A stretch of DNA of 64,000 nucleotides, from positions 286 to 64,285 of the forward strand of contig JAKBBY010000001.1 of the NCBI GenBank assembly GCA_021808315.1. Reading direction: 5' to 3'. The position numbers were made by a program, and so were the translations under genes. The notes under the pieces were generated by a model that saw only the letters and a program-made list of their open reading frames with translations, did no database searches and was not told the origin of the DNA. The stretch comes from Pseudomonadota bacterium (GTDB taxonomy: Bacteria > Pseudomonadota > Alphaproteobacteria > Acetobacterales > Acetobacteraceae). Of the stretch, positions 40,048-49,410 are shown one piece after another (positions within the stretch are counted from its first letter, which is position 1; each line of letters starts with the position of its first letter).

Positions 40048-42189
40048 ATGGGGCTTATTCTCGCAGCGCGCGGTGCGCCACTTGCGGTGAGCGGGGTGAT
40101 GCCGTCACCATTATTTGTCGGACCCGTAGCGAGCGCCCCTGGCAGCGGATTCTATTCCGGGCCGACGCCGGCGGCTGTCGCGGGGCTTACCGGTTGGTGG
40201 GATGCCGGTGCTTTGGGGTCGATGCAGGACCCTGTTGGTAATACGATCAGTGCTTGGAATAATGTTGTCGCGGCGCTGACCAATAAAGTTCAGGGTGGTC
40301 TGCCGTTGACGCCGTATTCGATCAGCACCGACACGAAGCCGAATGCGACCCTGGCGGTGCCGCGGGTCAATGGGTTTTTGGGCGCTGTGGGTAGTCCTGA
40401 TCCGGCGGTGGCACTCTACGGCCCGACGCTTGATCCTGATTGGGGCTTGGTGTTGCCCACCATCGATCTGGGGAGCGGCGTCGGCTGGACGCTCTACTTG
40501 GTGTGGACCCGACCAAATTGGCGCCAAGGAACGATTGCGGTGAATGACGCCCCGATCCCGCTGCTGCACGCGAGCGCTTCAGGGGTTACAATTCTGCAGG
40601 CGGGAGGACCGGATGGTCGTGGTTTAACCTTATTTGCCGGTAGTCAATCAGCGCTCCCGATCACGGCCACCCTGACGCGCCGTCATTCACACGCGATTAT
40701 CATCCGTCATACGCCGGGCACAGGGGTTGATATTTATATCGATGACGTTCTCGCCGTCAGCGGTGCCATCAATCCGTTGCCCGCATCATCACTCGGCCCA
40801 TTACTATTCCTGCATGATGGAACTGTGCAAGGTTCGGCGCAATGCTGGTTTCACGAGGCGGCGACCTGGGCGCGTGCATTGGATCAGGCCGATATGAACA
40901 CACTGCTTGGTTGCGAGGCGCGCTGGGTGTTAGGGTCTCGGCGCGGGGTAAATTTACTGGTCATGGGCCAATCCAACGCGGAGTGGTTTACCTTTGCGGG
41001 CGGTGCCTTGGCGTTAGCGCAGGGCATTTGTTGGTATCTAGGCGCTGCTTCATATGGGGCGACCTATTTGCAGTCCGGCAATAACGTTAATCCCTCCCGG
41101 TATTCGATGATTGCTGGTCATCCGATTTCGAATTCATCGCCCCCCTTGTTCCCCCCAGGATCGGGTAGCGGCACATTTCTGACCAATCCAGGGGATGGAT
41201 CAGACCCATCAGCTTGGGCTTTAGGACCTGACGGAATTGCATTGGAGGATTATCTAACCGGTGCTCAGGCATTGGTGCCACCAGCCGATATTGGCGATAT
41301 CGAGTTCCTGCTCTGGCCGTGGTCAGAGCAGGATAGTACGATGCCATATTCGAATAAGGCTTTGTATGTCGGCAGCGTGCTGCGACTTGCAGCACTAACG
41401 CGTGCTATGCTGGGCCGGTCAGCTTCGGCGTTGCCCCTGCTGATGTGGAGCGCGATCCCGTATGAGACCGATATTGGTGTACAAATGGTGCGCGAAGCTG
41501 TGGCCGACATATCGGCGGTGAGCGCGAATGCGGTGGCGGTGTTTGCGGCGCAGACGGCGGATTCCAACCCGCTGAACGCTAGCTGGAATCCACTAACGGG
41601 TGTGTTTTCCGGGGGTGATCCGGAGCATCGTGATTTGCCCGATTTGCTGCGCTATGGACGGCTTGGCGCGCATGCGGCTGGCCGGGCTGCCATTGCAATG
41701 GGCTTGTCCGATACAATCCCCGCGACGGCATTGCCCAGCGCGGGGTTGCCAGCATCCAATGGCCCGCGCATTACCCATGCCTACCAATCCGCGCCAACAT
41801 TAGTTGTTGTGACGATTGCTCATGATGCAGGGAGCGATTTGCTCCTGCCGCTGCGGGCCGATACAGGTGTTGGTTTCGCGGTGATGGATGGCGGGTCGCC
41901 GGCTGCACCGGGCCCGATTATTGAGGCAGTGGCGGCAAGCCGCATTGATGCCACGCATTTGGCGGTCACGCTGGCATCAGCACCAACCAATACCCCAGCC
42001 AATTGTTTGTTATACTATTCGTATGGGAGCACCCAAATGGGCCGAGGCAATGCTGTCACCGATAATTTGGCACAGCTCACACCGCCCGTGGGGTGGGATA
42101 TTGCGTCTGATCTGGCTGCTGAATTTCTGCCGAATATGCCGCTGCAGGCCACTTCCTATGGCGTGCCCTTATCGGCCAGTGTAGCGTGA
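40048..42189 (+). CDS. Virion-associated protein: LamG/concanavalin-like N-terminus plus SGNH esterase-like domain
   Basis: LTGWWDA, then LLVMGQSNA (SGNH block I) and GDPEH (DxxH). Confidence 0.6.
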   Translation: MGLILAARGAPLAVSGVMPSPLFVGPVASAPGSGFYSGPTPAAVAGLTGWWDAGALGSMQDPVGNTISAWNNVVAALTNKVQGGLPLTPYSISTDTKPNATLAVPRVNGFLGAVGSPDPAVALYGPTLDPDWGLVLPTIDLGSGVGWTLYLVWTRPNWRQGTIAVNDAPIPLLHASASGVTILQAGGPDGRGLTLFAGSQSALPITATLTRRHSHAIIIRHTPGTGVDIYIDDVLAVSGAINPLPASSLGPLLFLHDGTVQGSAQCWFHEAATWARALDQADMNTLLGCEARWVLGSRRGVNLLVMGQSNAEWFTFAGGALALAQGICWYLGAASYGATYLQSGNNVNPSRYSMIAGHPISNSSPPLFPPGSGSGTFLTNPGDGSDPSAWALGPDGIALEDYLTGAQALVPPADIGDIEFLLWPWSEQDSTMPYSNKALYVGSVLRLAALTRAMLGRSASALPLLMWSAIPYETDIGVQMVREAVADISAVSANAVAVFAAQTADSNPLNASWNPLTGVFSGGDPEHRDLPDLLRYGRLGAHAAGRAAIAMGLSDTIPATALPSAGLPASNGPRITHAYQSAPTLVVVTIAHDAGSDLLLPLRADTGVGFAVMDGGSPAAPGPIIEAVAASRIDATHLAVTLASAPTNTPANCLLYYSYGSTQMGRGNAVTDNLAQLTPPVGWDIASDLAAEFLPNMPLQATSYGVPLSASVA

Positions 42190-42545
42190 GTCCGTCGCCC
42201 AGCGATGTGATTGCGATGCTGCGCGAGGGAATTGGTGATTTGCGTGGGGATTTGACATCGTTGCAGGCAGAAATTGCAGAAGCCCGACGCGATATTGCAG
42301 CGATTGAGGCGCGGCATGTGGGGTTAGAGACATGGCGCAATCGCTTTGAGCTGCAGGTTGCTTCGGCGCAGGATCGCTTTGTGATGAAATCGGATGAACT
42401 CGTGGGTGAATTGGCACGGGTGCATGCTGAATTGGCGCAGTTTCGCGGCGAGCGTTCGGGCAGCCATCGGATGACGGTGATGCTGATTGGTCTGTTATCC
42501 GCCGCTATCGGCAGTATTGCGACGCATGTTTTGAACCATTTGTGA
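42186..42545 (+). CDS. Coiled-coil protein with C-terminal TM helix (holin/antiholin-like position)
   Basis: Heptad repeats, then MTVMLIGLLSAAIGSIA; directly before the endolysin. Confidence 0.6.
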   Translation: MSPSPSDVIAMLREGIGDLRGDLTSLQAEIAEARRDIAAIEARHVGLETWRNRFELQVASAQDRFVMKSDELVGELARVHAELAQFRGERSGSHRMTVMLIGLLSAAIGSIATHVLNHL

Positions 42546-42552
42546 GGGCGCC

Positions 42553-43068
42553 ATGGGCGATTTTGCGGCGTGCGTCGATTTTACCTTGGGGATGGAGGGC
42601 GGCTATGGCGCTGATCCTGACGATCCAGGCAATTGGACGGGCGGGGTGGTCGGTCAAGGGCTCTTACGGGGGACCAATTTTGGCATTAGTGCGGCGTCAT
42701 ACCCAACGCTCGATATTGCGCATTTAACCCGCGAGGCGGCGGAAGCGATTTACCAGCGTGATTACTGGTCAAAAATCAATGGCAATCAACTCGCCGGCCC
42801 TATGGCACCTGTGGTGTTTGATGCATCGGTCAATAATGGGTTGCGCCGGGCGATCATGTGGTTGCAGCAGGCTGTTGATGTGGCGGCGGATGGGGTGATT
42901 GGCCCGGAGACACTCGCGGCGATGGGAAATGCGGACCCAAAGACGGCGGCGACAACGATGTTGACCCTGCGGCTTGAGTTCATGGTGGCGCTGGCCGATT
43001 GGCCGCGCTTTGCCGGCGGTTGGGGGCGGCGCTTGGTCGCTCTGGCTTTTTTTGCAGCGGGGCAATGA
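42553..43068 (+). CDS. Endolysin, glycoside hydrolase family 108
   Basis: EGGY..DP.DPG, GTNFGIS, IY.RDYW, FD..VN.G, DG.IGP.T, F..GW.RR. Confidence 0.92.
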   Translation: MGDFAACVDFTLGMEGGYGADPDDPGNWTGGVVGQGLLRGTNFGISAASYPTLDIAHLTREAAEAIYQRDYWSKINGNQLAGPMAPVVFDASVNNGLRRAIMWLQQAVDVAADGVIGPETLAAMGNADPKTAATTMLTLRLEFMVALADWPRFAGGWGRRLVALAFFAAGQ

Positions 43069-43289
43069 TGCGCGCGGTCTTGCGAGGGTTATTGACCGAT
43101 GCGCAAGGGCGCATCGATGAAATGGCCTTACTGACCATTTTGGGTTTGCTGAGCTTCATCGGCCTAGAGATTTTTGCCGTGGTGGTGCGCCACCAACATT
43201 TTGACGCGGAAGGTTATGGCATGGGTCTCGGCTCAGCCATCGGGGCCGCGACGCTCGGTATGGGCCTTAAATCAAAATTCGGAGATTGA
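43065..43289 (+). CDS. Putative holin (two TM helices)
   Basis: 74 aa, two hydrophobic segments, basic C-terminus, inside the lysis cassette. Confidence 0.6.
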   Translation: MMRAVLRGLLTDAQGRIDEMALLTILGLLSFIGLEIFAVVVRHQHFDAEGYGMGLGSAIGAATLGMGLKSKFGD

Positions 43290-43290
43290 A

Positions 43291-43686
43291 ATGCCAGCTT
43301 TCCTCGCACCCATGGCCACGCGGCTGGTTTTGGTACTCCTCGCCTTGGCAGCCGTATTGGGCGTTGTTGTTTACATTTGGTATTTGCGTGATGCGGCTGC
43401 TTCTGCGCGGCACGCCGTGCTCCAATCCCGAGGCACCATCGCGCAGCTTGTCGCTGATAATCAGGCTGATCTTGCAGCCCTCGCGCAAATCCGTGCCCAG
43501 AACGCGCTTTGGCAAGCAAGCTTAGCAGCGTCTCAGTCGCGTGATGCGATTGATCGGCAGGCGGCGGATGCGATGCGCCGGAAAATCAACGCGGCACAGC
43601 CGAGCGCGAACGGGCCAGTCGCCCCGGTGTTAATCTCGACATTACGCGCCATCGCCCGCGCACAGGGCCAGAAGGTGGTGCCATGA
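43291..43686 (+). CDS. Putative inner-membrane spanin (Rz-like)
   Basis: N-terminal TM anchor followed by an Ala/Gln coiled coil. Confidence 0.7.
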   Translation: MPAFLAPMATRLVLVLLALAAVLGVVVYIWYLRDAAASARHAVLQSRGTIAQLVADNQADLAALAQIRAQNALWQASLAASQSRDAIDRQAADAMRRKINAAQPSANGPVAPVLISTLRAIARAQGQKVVP

Positions 43687-43967
43687 GCGGGTCGTGGGTG
43701 AGGCGCTTGCTCGGTCTCTTGGTGCTGCTGGGCCTGGTGATGCTGTTGGGGGGCTGTGCTGCGAAGCCGCAAATAGTAACCAAGGTGCAGCTTGTGCGGC
43801 CTGATGTGCCCGTTTCGTTATTGAATTGTGCCCCCGCACCCTCGGTGCCAACAATTGTTAATCAGGCCAGCGTCGCCCAATATATTGTTGCTCTTTGGCA
43901 AGATGATCTGCAATGCCATGCGCATCTAGACGCCGTGCGGCAGGTGTTAGCGCGTAAGCCGTTCTGA
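43683..43967 (+). CDS. Putative outer-membrane spanin lipoprotein (Rz1-like)
   Basis: Lipobox LLGGC, Pro-rich P.VP.SLLNC.P.P, second Cys in QCHAHL. Confidence 0.75.
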   Translation: MSGSWVRRLLGLLVLLGLVMLLGGCAAKPQIVTKVQLVRPDVPVSLLNCAPAPSVPTIVNQASVAQYIVALWQDDLQCHAHLDAVRQVLARKPF

Positions 43968-44013
43968 CAATTGCGAATCGGCGCTGGCTGGCGTGCGGGT
44001 GCGCGAGAGAAAA

Positions 44014-46224
44014 TCAATCGCGCGTGAGAAAAGTTTTGCGTGAACGGTTTGCCTCGCGCAGCGGATCGTTCGGCTGACCGTGCAAGGCTGAACCGCGACC
44101 GGAGAGCGATGGGTTGGTCATGAAATAATGGTGCGCCGAGATGGGTTCGGTGCCGGGTCGTATTTTGTGCCAATGGCCATCTTTGTCGAGTTCCCACGAA
44201 TTGACGTTATCGCGCAAATTGATTGCCATGATCTGATCGAGGACTTGTGCGTGCACCGTCGGATTATGGATCGGCACGAAACTTTCGATCCGCCAATCAA
44301 GATTGCGGGCCATCCAGTCAGCGCTCGAGATGAACACTTTGTTTTGGCGGTGCGGCATCGGAGCGCCGTTGGCGAAAACCGCGATCCGGGCATGTTCCAG
44401 AAAGCGGCCAATCAGCGATTTCACCTTGATGGTTTCCGAGAGTCCGGGCACGCCGGGGCGCAGGCAGCAAATGCCGCGCACAACGCAATGGATGGGCACG
44501 CCGGCGGCGGAGGCGGCGTAGAGATGATCGATCATCCGTTCATCAACCAATGAATTCATTTTCAGCCAAATGCCGGATGGCGCACCGCGCTCGGCGGCGG
44601 CAATTTCTGCATCGATCAGCGCGCCGATGGTGCGCCGGGTGGTGAGCGGGCTGAAGACGAGCTGCTCCATCCGTTCCGGCCGGGCATAGCCGGTCATATA
44701 GTTGAATAGCCGCGCGGAATCGCGGGTTAGTTCCGGATCGGTGGTAAAAAACGAAAGGTCCGTGTAAATGCGCGCGGTAATCGGATGGTAGTTGCCAGTG
44801 CCGAAATGCGCGTAAGAGCGCATGATGGTTCCCTCCCGCCGCACCACCAAAGATAATTTCGCATGGGTTTTGAGCCCGATAAAACCATAAACAACCTGCA
44901 CCCCTGCCGCTTCAAGCGCGCGGGCGAGGCGGATATTGGCTTCTTCATCGAACCGGGCACGTAATTCGACCATCGCGGTGACTGACTTGCCGGCTTCAGC
45001 GGCTTCGATCAGGGCGCCGACAATCGGGGAATCGCGGCTGGTGCGATAGAGTGTTTGCTTGATCGCAACGACATGGGGGTCCGACGCGGCTTGCCGGAGA
45101 AACTGCACCACGACATCGAAGCTTTCGAACGGATGATGGACGATAATGTCCTTGTTGCGAATGGCTGCGAAGCAATCACCACCGAAATCACGGATGCGTT
45201 CAGGAAAGCGCGGCGTGTAGGATTTGAACAAGAGATCGGGCCGGTCCTTGATGATAATCTCTTTGAGATCGACGAGGCCGAGCAGCCCCGGCTCGATGAT
45301 AACTTGGTCCTCCGGCGCTTCGACTTCCTCGATCACCAAGGCGCGCAAATCATCGGGCATATCGGCGGCGAGCGTGAGCTGGATCGCCACGCCGCGCCGA
45401 CGGCGTTTCAGGGCCGATTGATAGGATTGCACAAGATCTTCAGCTTCTTCCTCGAACTCGACATCAGTATCGCGGATCACCCGGAACAAGCCGGAGCCCG
45501 AGAGACGAAAACCGGGAAATAGATGGCCCAAAAACAGCAAAACCAAATTTTCCAGCGGGATGAACCGAACCACTGGCGCGGCGCTGGCCTGATCCCCCGC
45601 CGTTGCATGATCATGGTTCGGTAGGCGGATGAAGCGGCTGGTTTGCGCGGGCAGCGGGATGAGGCCACGCATCGCGCCGCCATCCTCTTCGCGGATGAGT
45701 TTGAGCGCGAGCACCAGGCCCATATTGGGCACAAAGGGAAATGGATGTGCCGGGTCCACGGCGAGTGGCGTGAGCACCGGGAAGACTTGTTCCATAAAAT
45801 ATTGATCGAGAAAGCGCCGGTCTTCGGGTGTCAGGGCAGCAGCGGTCGCGATATGGATGCCGGTGGCGCTGAGGGCATTGCGCAGATCGCTCAGCACGGT
45901 TTGCTGGGCTTGGAGCAGATCGCGGGTGCGGGCATTGACGGCGGCGAGTTGCTGGTTCGGTGTCAGATTATCGCTGGAGCGGAGCAAAATGCCCGCGCGC
46001 ACCTGACCGATCAGCCCCGCGATGCGCACCGAATAAAATTCATCGAGATTGGATGCGCTAATCGATACAAAGCGCAGTCTTTCGAGCAGCGGATAGCGTT
46101 GCTCCTCGGCGGCGGCGAGCACGCGGGCGTTGAAATCGAGCCAAGAGAGTTCGCGGTTGATGAAGCGCCGCGGGTCTTCACGGATCGAGGCTGGGACGGT
46201 GCTGGCGCTGATCGGGTGGTCCAT
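44014..46224 (-). CDS. ppk1: Polyphosphate kinase 1
   Basis: NRELSWLDFN.RVL, PAHPFPF, HHPFESF, ARFDEEANI, KTHAK, GRFLEH. Confidence 0.97.
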   Translation of the reverse strand: MDHPISASTVPASIREDPRRFINRELSWLDFNARVLAAAEEQRYPLLERLRFVSISASNLDEFYSVRIAGLIGQVRAGILLRSSDNLTPNQQLAAVNARTRDLLQAQQTVLSDLRNALSATGIHIATAAALTPEDRRFLDQYFMEQVFPVLTPLAVDPAHPFPFVPNMGLVLALKLIREEDGGAMRGLIPLPAQTSRFIRLPNHDHATAGDQASAAPVVRFIPLENLVLLFLGHLFPGFRLSGSGLFRVIRDTDVEFEEEAEDLVQSYQSALKRRRRGVAIQLTLAADMPDDLRALVIEEVEAPEDQVIIEPGLLGLVDLKEIIIKDRPDLLFKSYTPRFPERIRDFGGDCFAAIRNKDIIVHHPFESFDVVVQFLRQAASDPHVVAIKQTLYRTSRDSPIVGALIEAAEAGKSVTAMVELRARFDEEANIRLARALEAAGVQVVYGFIGLKTHAKLSLVVRREGTIMRSYAHFGTGNYHPITARIYTDLSFFTTDPELTRDSARLFNYMTGYARPERMEQLVFSPLTTRRTIGALIDAEIAAAERGAPSGIWLKMNSLVDERMIDHLYAASAAGVPIHCVVRGICCLRPGVPGLSETIKVKSLIGRFLEHARIAVFANGAPMPHRQNKVFISSADWMARNLDWRIESFVPIHNPTVHAQVLDQIMAINLRDNVNSWELDKDGHWHKIRPGTEPISAHHYFMTNPSLSGRGSALHGQPNDPLREANRSRKTFLTRD

Positions 46225-46254
46225 AGCTCAAATCCTTGCGGGCTAGATGCGCTC

Positions 46255-47025
46255 TTATAGCGTAAGAAGTGGCGGGGTGTCGTGAAAATTCGGCGAATCG
46301 GGCGGGGTCGCACCCTGAGGGGCCGCGGTTGGCACCGGCGGCTCAAGCAGATCGCTCAGGACATGTTCGGCAAGCCGACGCGAGGGGGCGACGCCACGGG
46401 CGAGTGAGGCGCGGTCAAGCCGGGTCACCGCTTCGCGCAGCAGGCCCGGTTGGCGGGGCAGGCGGGTAAGCAGATAGTGGCGCAGCGTCTCGCTCAGGCG
46501 TAGTTGCCGATGGGCGGCCAGCCGGTCGAGCAGATCTTCGATGAGCCGATCATCCGCTTGGGTGATTTCAATCGTCAGGCTTGCGCGCAACCGGCTGGCG
46601 AGGTCTGCCGGGTCAATCTGCAAGCGCGCGGGCGGGATGCGCGCGGTGAGCAGCACCGAGCGCTGCGCCGCATGGGCGATATTCAGGCTGGCGAGCAACG
46701 CGATGGGGTTAATAGCGGTGTCGATATCCTCAATCACCAGCGGTGTCGCGTTGTCATCAGCGTCAATCGGCGTGCGCAGGCGCGCGGCGTGCAGCGTCCG
46801 GGCGCCCGATGTTTGCGCCCAAAGCGACGCAAGATGCGATTTGCCACAACCGCTTTCGCCCCACAGGAGCAGCCGCTGATTAATCCATGCCGTTTCGTGG
46901 GCTAAGGCAATGCGGGCTTGGGCGTTCGAGGGGGCGGGAACGAAGTCGTCGGGCGAAAATCCAACCGGCTCATCGAGCGGCAGGGCGAGTTGACGGGCCT
47001 CGGCGAATGGGGCGCTCGCGGTCAT
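46255..47025 (-). CDS. hdaA: DnaA regulatory inactivator HdaA-like protein
   Basis: N-terminal clamp motif QLALPL, GESGCGKSHLA, DLASRL; synteny with AI-2E and purM. Confidence 0.8.
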   Translation of the reverse strand: MTASAPFAEARQLALPLDEPVGFSPDDFVPAPSNAQARIALAHETAWINQRLLLWGESGCGKSHLASLWAQTSGARTLHAARLRTPIDADDNATPLVIEDIDTAINPIALLASLNIAHAAQRSVLLTARIPPARLQIDPADLASRLRASLTIEITQADDRLIEDLLDRLAAHRQLRLSETLRHYLLTRLPRQPGLLREAVTRLDRASLARGVAPSRRLAEHVLSDLLEPPVPTAAPQGATPPDSPNFHDTPPLLTL

Positions 47026-48146
47026 TCACGCAGCTTGGGCGGGTCGAGATAGAGCGGGCTTTGCAAATACAGCTTCAGCCAAAACCGCGTCAGCACACCG
47101 AGTGTCGCGGTCACCGGCACGGCGAGCATCACGCCTAGAAAGCCGAAGGTTTCCGCGCCGGCGAAGAGCGCAAAAATCACCCATGCCGCGCCAAGCCCCA
47201 GCCGATCACCCAGAAAACGCGGGGCGACCACATAATCATTCAGCAACTGCCCGATGACAAAAATCCCGGCGACAATCAGCACCGGATCGATCCCGTTAAA
47301 CTGGCCCAGCGCCAGCACCACCGATGATACGGCGCCAACAATCGTGCCGACATAAGGAATGAAAGACAATAATCCTGCGGTGAGACCGATAACAAGGCCC
47401 AAATTAAGCCCCGCGCTGGTCAATGCGATGGCATAGAAGGTGGCGAGAAACAGGCAGCATATCGCTTGGCCGCGTAGCCACGCATTGAGAATCCGGCTGA
47501 TCTCTTGGGCGAGGCCACGGATGGTGGCCTCCTGGGAGCGCGGCAGCCAAGAATCGATGCGCGCAATCACGGTGGGCCAATCGCGCAGCAAGTAGAAGGC
47601 CACAATGGGCGTGATGATCAGCAGCGTCAAAATATTGAACAAGGCAAAGCCGGTGCCCAGCACATGGGTCAGCGCCGTGCCGATGAACCCCACGATGGTA
47701 CCCGCTTCGGTGCCGACCAATTGCTTGAGCTTGTCGGACACGAAGCTGGCGCCGAGATGCGACTGGATCGTGCTGAGTTGATGGGTCGCGAAATTTTGCA
47801 AGCGGGCGATCATCGTCGGCAACTGGTCGGCGAGCAGATGGATCTGCGCTGCGGCGAGCGGATAGAGCAGAAAGCTGCTCAAAAACAAAAACGCAATCAG
47901 GCTGAGCAAGGCAATCGAGGCACCCAGCGAGCGCGGCATGCCGAGGCGGTGCAGGGCTGACACCGCCGGGTCGAGGAAATAAGCAATCCCTGCCGCTGAA
48001 ACGAAGGGCAGCAAAATGCCTGAAAACAGCCGCAGAAAAATCCAAACCACCAGAACCCCGCCAAGGATCGCGAGCAGGCGTGGCCAGCGGATTGATTTCA
48101 GTAATCCGCCATCGGCGTTGCTCGAAGCGGGGGGGCAATCACTCAT
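47022..48146 (-). CDS. AI-2E family transporter (PerM-like)
   Basis: ILLPF...IAYFLDP, FYLLRDW, WLRGQ, FIPYVG, G.MLAVP. Confidence 0.9.
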   Translation of the reverse strand: MSDCPPASSNADGGLLKSIRWPRLLAILGGVLVVWIFLRLFSGILLPFVSAAGIAYFLDPAVSALHRLGMPRSLGASIALLSLIAFLFLSSFLLYPLAAAQIHLLADQLPTMIARLQNFATHQLSTIQSHLGASFVSDKLKQLVGTEAGTIVGFIGTALTHVLGTGFALFNILTLLIITPIVAFYLLRDWPTVIARIDSWLPRSQEATIRGLAQEISRILNAWLRGQAICCLFLATFYAIALTSAGLNLGLVIGLTAGLLSFIPYVGTIVGAVSSVVLALGQFNGIDPVLIVAGIFVIGQLLNDYVVAPRFLGDRLGLGAAWVIFALFAGAETFGFLGVMLAVPVTATLGVLTRFWLKLYLQSPLYLDPPKLRE

Positions 48147-48339
48147 GCGGAGAAATTCCTCGTGTGTCGGGTGGTTGCACCCCGCACTGGCCTGTGGTGA
48201 TAGACGACGCGTGACAGTCCGCCTCGCGATGGGCAGGCTGCTTCAAGCAACCGGGCTTGGGGCCTCGCGCTTGCAGCAGCATAAAATCGGGAGTGGAAAC
48301 TGGTCATGATCGAATGGACATAGCGCATCGGAGACAGGG

Positions 48340-49410
48340 ATGACCAGCAGCAACGGCGGCAATGGCGCGACCTATCGAGAGGCGGGCGTTGATATCGATG
48401 GCGGGGACGCGCTGATCGAGGCGATCAAGCCTCTAGCAAAAGCGACCGCACGGTCAGGCGTGATGGGGAGCCTGGGTGGTTTTGGCGCGCTCTTTGATCT
48501 GCGGGCGGCGGGCTTTAACGATCCGGTGTTGGTGGCCACCACCGATGGTGTGGGAACCAAATTGCGCATCGCCATCGACACCGGCATTCATGAGACGGTG
48601 GGCATCGATCTGGTCGCCATGTGCGTCAATGATTTGGTGGTGCAGGGAGCGGAGCCGCTGTTTTTCCTCGATTATTTTGCCACTGGCGCGCTGGATGTTG
48701 CGGTGGCGCGGTCGGTCATCGCGGGTATCGCCGAGGGCTGCCGACAGGTGGGCTGCGCGCTGATTGGCGGCGAGACGGCGGAAATGCCGGGCATGTATCA
48801 TCCCGGTGACTATGACCTTGCGGGCTTTGCCGTGGGCGCTGCGCCGCGCGATGGGCTGTTACCGGCGGGTGTTGCGCCGGGGGATATTTTGCTCGGTTTG
48901 CCCAGCTCAGGGGTGCATTCGAACGGGTTCTCGCTGGTGCGCCGGATTTTGGAGCGTGCATCGCTCCGCTGGTCTGATCCGGCACCCTTTGCGCCGGGCT
49001 CAACGTTAGGTCAGGCGCTGATGCAGCCGACAACGCTGTATGTGCGCCCGTTGCTCGCTTTGGCGCGGGCGGGATTGTTGCGGGCGGCGGCGCATATCAC
49101 CGGCGGTGGTTTGCCGGGCAATGTGCCGCGCGTGCTGCCGGAGGGCTGCGTCGCGGTGATCGATCAATCCTGGCCGATACCGCCAGTATTTTCCTGGCTG
49201 GCGAAAATCGGCGGGGTCGCGGCGGAAGAGATGCTGCGGGTGTTTAATTGTGGGATCGGCATGGTGCTGGTGGTGCGGCCCGGCGATGAGGCGGCGGCGC
49301 GCGCTTTGCTGGCAGAATCGGGCGTGCAGCCGGTCAGGCTCGGCGTGCTGGTGGCAGCTTCAGGCCCGGCCACGGTGCAGCTGGTCCATAGCCAGAGCCT
49401 CTTTGGATGA
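48340..49410 (+). CDS. purM: Phosphoribosylformylglycinamidine cyclo-ligase
   Basis: [44 protein letters not shown]. Confidence 0.97.
   Translation: MTSSNGGNGATYREAGVDIDGGDALIEAIKPLAKATARSGVMGSLGGFGALFDLRAAGFNDPVLVATTDGVGTKLRIAIDTGIHETVGIDLVAMCVNDLVVQGAEPLFFLDYFATGALDVAVARSVIAGIAEGCRQVGCALIGGETAEMPGMYHPGDYDLAGFAVGAAPRDGLLPAGVAPGDILLGLPSSGVHSNGFSLVRRILERASLRWSDPAPFAPGSTLGQALMQPTTLYVRPLLALARAGLLRAAAHITGGGLPGNVPRVLPEGCVAVIDQSWPIPPVFSWLAKIGGVAAEEMLRVFNCGIGMVLVVRPGDEAAARALLAESGVQPVRLGVLVAASGPATVQLVHSQSLFG

Larger units (their letters stand above)
18808..43967 (+). mobile_element. Phage-derived virion and lysis operon (myovirus-like) lacking integration, replication and immunity modules; candidate domesticated GTA-like element
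   Basis: About 30 co-directional, mostly abutting ORFs from terminase to o-spanin, bounded directly by usg and ppk1. Confidence 0.9.

Noticed and set aside
18808-43967. Tailocin, eCIS or T6SS interpretation
   Set aside because: Terminase, portal and capsid are present; no eCIS AAA+ ATPase or T6SS membrane complex is seen.
18808-43967. Complete active prophage
   Set aside because: No integrase, repressor or replication genes, and both flanks are host genes; a helper-dependent or truncated prophage cannot be fully excluded.
43968-44013. attR or intrinsic terminator at the right boundary
   Set aside because: No direct repeat matching 18685-18807 and no convincing hairpin with U-tract by eye; a computational repeat search was not possible.
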